Shown here: in pieces, positions 59,694-64,000 of the stretch
Position numbering within the stretch: position 1 is the first letter of the stretch
How the letters are laid out: the number at the start of each line of letters is the position of its first letter
Assembly: GCA_027062625.1 (NCBI GenBank)
Contig: JAMOSZ010000101.1
Coordinates: 2,272-66,271, forward strand
DNA from: Nautiliaceae bacterium
GTDB lineage: Bacteria; Campylobacterota; Campylobacteria; Campylobacterales; Nautiliaceae
DNA: 64,000 bases
Direction of reading: 5' to 3'
Notes under the pieces: model-generated
Told to the model about the DNA's origin: nothing
Databases searched by the model: none
Seen by the model: only the letters and a program-made list of their open reading frames with translations
Program-made: the position numbers and the translations under genes

Positions 59694-61555
59694 AACAAAC
59701 CTCCTCCAAGAACTACTACCATTATAAATAAAGCTATACTAAACGCCACAAAATACCCCTCATATTTAGCAAGACATTCAAAATTCCAAGTCTCCATATG
59801 TCTTGGGAAATTCTCCCCGCAGTTGTAAGGATGGACTATATCGGCTTTAAATTTGACAAAATATGGAAGGACGTGGATTAATAAAAGAAGTATTAAAGCT
59901 CCAAAAATTTGCCAGAAATAAAGAGTTGAATTATACATATGAAGGGTAAGCCCTGTTGCATAAATTTCAGGCTCTCCTGCAATGCTTTTTGCAATAGGCA
60001 CGATAAAATCAGCTATAAAAGGAGCTATAAAAATAGTAATTGCTAAAAGCCACACATAATACCAAACAGATACAAAATTAAACCTTTTTGGAAGTTTTAC
60101 AAAACTTATTTTTTCAATCCCATGAGCTTTTCTAACACTAACGCCAAGTACTTTCATATATAAAATACTCAAAAACGCACTTCCAGCACCCACATAAAGA
60201 ATAAGAAGAATATAACTTCCGTGCTGTAAGAAATTACTAACTTCTTCTATCATCATCCATTTACCAATAAATGTTCCAAAAGGGACAAATGTCATATTTA
60301 AAAATCCAAAGAAAATAAACATAAGAGTAAGCGGAGCTTTTTCTATAAGTCTTCTCATCTGCTCAATGTATTTAGTATGAAAAACCTTTTCAAGCACACC
60401 AGCTTCTACAAACAAAAATCCTTTTGCAAAAGCATGGAAAATGATTAATATCAAACTTGCACTAACAGCAATCGGAGTGCCAACAGCAGCCGCAAGCATC
60501 ATAAGCCCAAGCAGAGAAATCGTAGAGTAAGCCAAAATCTTTTTAAAATTATTTTGAGTCAAAGCAATTACAGCAGCTACAACAAACACATACCCAGTTG
60601 CAATAATCAAAAGTTTTGCAAGAAGTGTCCCTTTAATAATTGGAGAAATTCTCAAAATCAAATAAGGAGCAATTTTTACCATCGTGGCTGAGTGAAGTAT
60701 CGCACTAACAGGAGTTGGAGCCACCATTGCACCAAGCAGCCATTTATGAAACGGCATCTGAGCACCTTTTACTAATGCACTCAAAGACAAAAATCCAAGT
60801 GCTGCCATTGAGATTATAGTAGGATGTTTTAAAAGGTCGCTAAAATGGTAAACTCCATTTACTTTTATAAAAATCATTAACGCTATTAAAATAGCAATCC
60901 CACCAATCTGATTCATCCAAAGAGCAAGATTTGAATTATTAATCGCCTCTTTATCTCCTCTAAATCCAATCATTATATAACTTGCAAGTGTAGTGGTTTC
61001 AAAAAGTGCGAAAAACCACTCAATATTATTTACACTCACAGCAAGATTCATAACCCCTAAAAACCAAACAACAATAGCTACAAAAGAGTGTTTCCCCTTT
61101 TCTCCATAATCCATATATTTTGTTGCAAAAATCGCAATAGGAACCCCGACAATTGCTACAATTAAGTAAAACATTAATGTAACACTATCCACATAAATAT
61201 TTGGAGTTTGTGAATGAGGCATCATTATTAAAACAATAATTAAAAAAAGTATTTGGATAGTTGCTAAAATAGCAATCAGCCCGCTTTTTCTCACAATCCC
61301 TTGATACAAAAAATAACCAAGAAGCCCAAAATCATAAAGAGTAATAAGCAAATCCAACCACTTTGGAGTCTCAACAAGCACAGGATGTGGTTGAATATAA
61401 GCCAAATAGGCCGTGAATATCAAAATAGGAAGCATCAAAAAAGTCAAAACATTCGTAACAACATCCTTTTTTGATAAAAAGATAATTAAAGCAACAATCC
61501 AAGGCACCACAACATTTAAAGCAACTAATACTCCCATATCTCTCTCCTTTGACAA
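59690..61555 (-). CDS. echA: Ech-type hydrogenase antiporter-like membrane subunit (NuoL/HyfB-like)
   Basis: 621 aa, polytopic. The central region has Mrp/NuoL-like conserved segments (AILHSATMVKIAPYLILR). It is the first gene of the six-gene cluster. Confidence 0.85.
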   Translation of the reverse strand: MSKERDMGVLVALNVVVPWIVALIIFLSKKDVVTNVLTFLMLPILIFTAYLAYIQPHPVLVETPKWLDLLITLYDFGLLGYFLYQGIVRKSGLIAILATIQILFLIIVLIMMPHSQTPNIYVDSVTLMFYLIVAIVGVPIAIFATKYMDYGEKGKHSFVAIVVWFLGVMNLAVSVNNIEWFFALFETTTLASYIMIGFRGDKEAINNSNLALWMNQIGGIAILIALMIFIKVNGVYHFSDLLKHPTIISMAALGFLSLSALVKGAQMPFHKWLLGAMVAPTPVSAILHSATMVKIAPYLILRISPIIKGTLLAKLLIIATGYVFVVAAVIALTQNNFKKILAYSTISLLGLMMLAAAVGTPIAVSASLILIIFHAFAKGFLFVEAGVLEKVFHTKYIEQMRRLIEKAPLTLMFIFFGFLNMTFVPFGTFIGKWMMIEEVSNFLQHGSYILLILYVGAGSAFLSILYMKVLGVSVRKAHGIEKISFVKLPKRFNFVSVWYYVWLLAITIFIAPFIADFIVPIAKSIAGEPEIYATGLTLHMYNSTLYFWQIFGALILLLLIHVLPYFVKFKADIVHPYNCGENFPRHMETWNFECLAKYEGYFVAFSIALFIMVVVLGGGLL

Positions 61556-61631
61556 GATATTATAATCTTATCAAAAATGAATAATCATTTACAATTAAAA
61601 AAAAAGAGAAATATCAACATATGCTTCAAAA

Positions 61632-62468
61632 TTACACACTTTTTTTATATCTTCTTAACATACTCTCATTACCATAAAGCCCGCCTTGATGAATATACAA
61701 AACATCAAAAAGCCCATTTTCAAGCACAACTTCCCAGCCAATCGGATCATACAATAAATCAAATTCCACCCCAGCTTTTTTTAGCTCTTGCCAAAGGAGA
61801 TATAAATGTTTATAGAGTTTTCCAAAGTGATATTTTCTTTTTGGAGAAATTATCGTAGGAATTTTACCGCCCCCAAGAAGCTCAAACTGCTTTTTCAAAT
61901 ACTCCCTATCCCCAACGCAAGGCGTTGTAATCACCTCAACATCAAGATGCTTTGCAAGAAAATAAGCCGTAGTGCCAGTCCCGCTTGGCAAAAAGACTCT
62001 TAAATTATTTTTTATGCAGTATTCATTTATCTCATCAGCCAAAATTTTTATTCCCTCTTCACTCTCCCTAACCCTTCCCCCCTCCTCTATCACCAAAGTT
62101 TCTTTACTCTTTAACCTAAAAACAAACTCCCTAAGCTCATCCCCTCTTAATCCAATTTCAATAATTTTTGCTCCATTTTGCAAAGCCCTTAAATAATTAC
62201 CATGAGGATTTTGTTTGAGAAAAGAAGGGATATGATGGGTATAATAAATAAACTCCCATCCCTTAATCTTACAAAGCTCACTCATAGCATACATTGCATT
62301 TGATTGGTTTGAACCAAAGGAGACAAGCTTTTTAATATATGGAAAATCGTTTTTTAAGAAGTAGTAAAATTTTCTTGCCTTATTCCCCTCAAAAGGTCTT
62401 AATAAATCATCCCTTTTAATATGAAAAAAATATCCTCTAAATTCAAAAGGAGTAATGGGAGAGGGCAT
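61632..62468 (-). CDS. PLP-dependent enzyme of the ACC deaminase / D-cysteine desulfhydrase family
   Basis: 278 aa with RDDLLRPFEGNKARKFYYFL (the GNKxRK PLP-lysine signature) and SGTGTT. Confidence 0.75.
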   Translation of the reverse strand: MPSPITPFEFRGYFFHIKRDDLLRPFEGNKARKFYYFLKNDFPYIKKLVSFGSNQSNAMYAMSELCKIKGWEFIYYTHHIPSFLKQNPHGNYLRALQNGAKIIEIGLRGDELREFVFRLKSKETLVIEEGGRVRESEEGIKILADEINEYCIKNNLRVFLPSGTGTTAYFLAKHLDVEVITTPCVGDREYLKKQFELLGGGKIPTIISPKRKYHFGKLYKHLYLLWQELKKAGVEFDLLYDPIGWEVVLENGLFDVLYIHQGGLYGNESMLRRYKKSV

Positions 62469-63541
62469 TAAATAGCCCTTAAATCCTTATAAGCTTTAAT
62501 GACTCTCTCTTTCATAGACTTCTCACCCTCTCTTAACCATTTTCTTGGGTCATAATACTTTTTATTTGGCTTATCTTCACCCTCTGGATTTCCAATTTGA
62601 CTTTGTAAATAATCCCAATATTTTTCAATATAAGATTTTACTCCACTCCAAAACGCCCATTGGGTATCTGTATCAATATTAAACTTAACTACTCCATAAT
62701 CAATAGCTTCGTGGATTTTGCTAAGCTCACTTCCACTTCCTCCATGAAATACAAATCTAATTGGTTTTTCATCTTTAATACCAAATTTCTCTCTTACATA
62801 CTCTTGGGAATTTTTAAGAATAATTGGTTCAAGCTTAACTTTCCCCGGCTTATAAACCCCATGCACATTTCCAAAACTTGCAGCAATCATAAATAAAGGA
62901 CTAACTTCCATTAACTCTTTATAAGCATACGCTACATCTTCTGGTTGAGTATAGAGTTTTGAATTTTCAATTCCAGTATTATCAACTCCATCTTCTTCCC
63001 CACCAGTAACTCCAAGCTCAATTTCAAGCATAATATCAAGAGGCGCCAATTTTTTAAGATACTCTTTACAAGTTGCAATATTCTCTTCTAATGGCTCTTC
63101 GCTTAAATCAAGCATATGAGAAGAGTAAAGAGGTCTTCCATACTTTTCATAATGTTTTTTATTTGCCTCAATTAATCCATCAATCCAAGGAAGAAGTTTT
63201 CTTGCTGCGTGGTCTGTGTGTAAAATTACCGGAATTCCATAAGCTTTTGATAATGTATGAATATGTTTAGCTCCGCTTATTGCTCCAAGAATTGCCGCTT
63301 TTTGATTTTCGTTATCAAGCCCTTTTCCAGCAAAAAAGTGAGCACCTCCGTTACTAAATTGAATAATAATTGGAAGGTTTACTTCTTTTGCAGCTTCCAT
63401 TACCGCATTTGCTGAATTTGTTCCAACTACATTAATAGCCGGAAGTGCAAACCCTTTCTCTTTTGCATAATCAAGCACTTTTGCAGCTTCGCTTCCTGTT
63501 AATACCCCAGCATCAATTCCAAGCTCTCTCCACCAACTCAT
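62468..63541 (-). CDS. fba: Class II fructose-bisphosphate aldolase
   Basis: 357 aa with ALPAINV, HTDHA, LEIELG and FHGGSGS zinc/substrate motifs. Confidence 0.95.
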   Translation of the reverse strand: MSWWRELGIDAGVLTGSEAAKVLDYAKEKGFALPAINVVGTNSANAVMEAAKEVNLPIIIQFSNGGAHFFAGKGLDNENQKAAILGAISGAKHIHTLSKAYGIPVILHTDHAARKLLPWIDGLIEANKKHYEKYGRPLYSSHMLDLSEEPLEENIATCKEYLKKLAPLDIMLEIELGVTGGEEDGVDNTGIENSKLYTQPEDVAYAYKELMEVSPLFMIAASFGNVHGVYKPGKVKLEPIILKNSQEYVREKFGIKDEKPIRFVFHGGSGSELSKIHEAIDYGVVKFNIDTDTQWAFWSGVKSYIEKYWDYLQSQIGNPEGEDKPNKKYYDPRKWLREGEKSMKERVIKAYKDLRAI

Positions 63542-63550
63542 CTTATCTCC

Positions 63551-64000
63551 TTATTTGTTTGGAATTAAGTATTTAATTTTTGTCTCTTTTTTAATTTTAT
63601 CAAGTTCTTGTTTTAATTTTAAATTTTTAAGATACGCAATAATTTGAGGTTTAACATCTTCATATGGTAAATAGTTGTTATCTTTTTTACCTTCTACCAA
63701 AATAATATGATATCCAAATCTTGTTTTTACTGGATTGAGTGTAATTTGACCAGGTTTTAACTTTTTAACAGCTTCGGCAAATTCTGGTACCATCTGCTTT
63801 GGATTAAACCACCCAAGCTCTCCACCTTGAACTTTACTTGGTCCAATTGAGTATTTTTTAGCAAGCTCGGCAAATTTCTCCTCTAACGCTTTTCCTTTTA
63901 ACCCTTTTAATTCATTAATAATCTTCTTAGCTAATGCTTTATCTTTTACTAAGATATGTCTTGCTTTAACTTCTGGTGCTGCTTTGAAGTAAATATCCTT
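63551..64000 (-). CDS. Parvulin-type peptidyl-prolyl cis-trans isomerase (PEB4/SurA-like), 3' part. The frame is open to the right window edge.
   Basis: The minus-strand frame continues upstream of the listed Met. It reads ...ARHILVKDKALAKKIINELKG...GGELGWFNPKQMVPEFAEAV...FGYHIILVEGKK, a PpiC/rotamase domain. Confidence 0.85.
   Translation of the reverse strand, partial: KDIYFKAAPEVKARHILVKDKALAKKIINELKGLKGKALEEKFAELAKKYSIGPSKVQGGELGWFNPKQMVPEFAEAVKKLKPGQITLNPVKTRFGYHIILVEGKKDNNYLPYEDVKPQIIAYLKNLKLKQELDKIKKETKIKYLIPNK

Noticed and set aside
61577-61858. 93-aa plus-strand ORF
   Set aside because: It starts in the ech promoter region and runs antisense into the 3' end of the ACC-deaminase-family gene. 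The translation is featureless.

Overview
This is a visibly AT-rich, almost fully coding chromosomal window. All calls come from reading the sequence and the ORF track (motif and architecture recognition); no database search was run. The gene content points to a chemolithoautotrophic member of Campylobacterota, probably Nautiliales-like. That is an inference from ATP-citrate lyase aclBA (reverse TCA), a six-gene Ech-type group 4 [NiFe] hydrogenase, hypF and an epsilonproteobacterial-style tmRNA tag.

Most genes are housekeeping: guaB, gatA, ileS, dnaK-grpE, ruvB, panB, trpA, prfA, rpsT, glmM, lspA, fba, hemH, dtd and ribB. RNA genes are ssrA (tmRNA) and one tRNA-Val(GAC). No rRNA, CRISPR array, prophage or intact IS element was seen.

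The regions worth a second look are:
- A tightly coupled seven-gene operon at 11994-18673: PqqD-like protein, ATP-grasp ligase, PLP decarboxylase, urea-transporter/M23 peptidase fusion, TPR protein, atypical wHTH regulator and an outer-membrane protein. It sits just downstream of a TAXI-TRAP importer, and I cannot assign it to any characterised pathway. This is my best candidate for an undescribed system.
- A three-gene restriction-type island (Uma2 nuclease, helicase-less nuclease-methylase-TRD fusion, unknown 180-aa protein) wedged between panB and ruvB.
- Two overlapping cysteine-rich micro-ORFs after a two-component system. One has a textbook lipobox that would leave a 7-residue CCCKCCY lipopeptide.
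- Decay scars: a moaC stub, an IS1595 transposase fragment and an internally deleted TAXI paralogue.
- A tRNA with C at position 33 whose 5' end overlaps the lspA stop codon.
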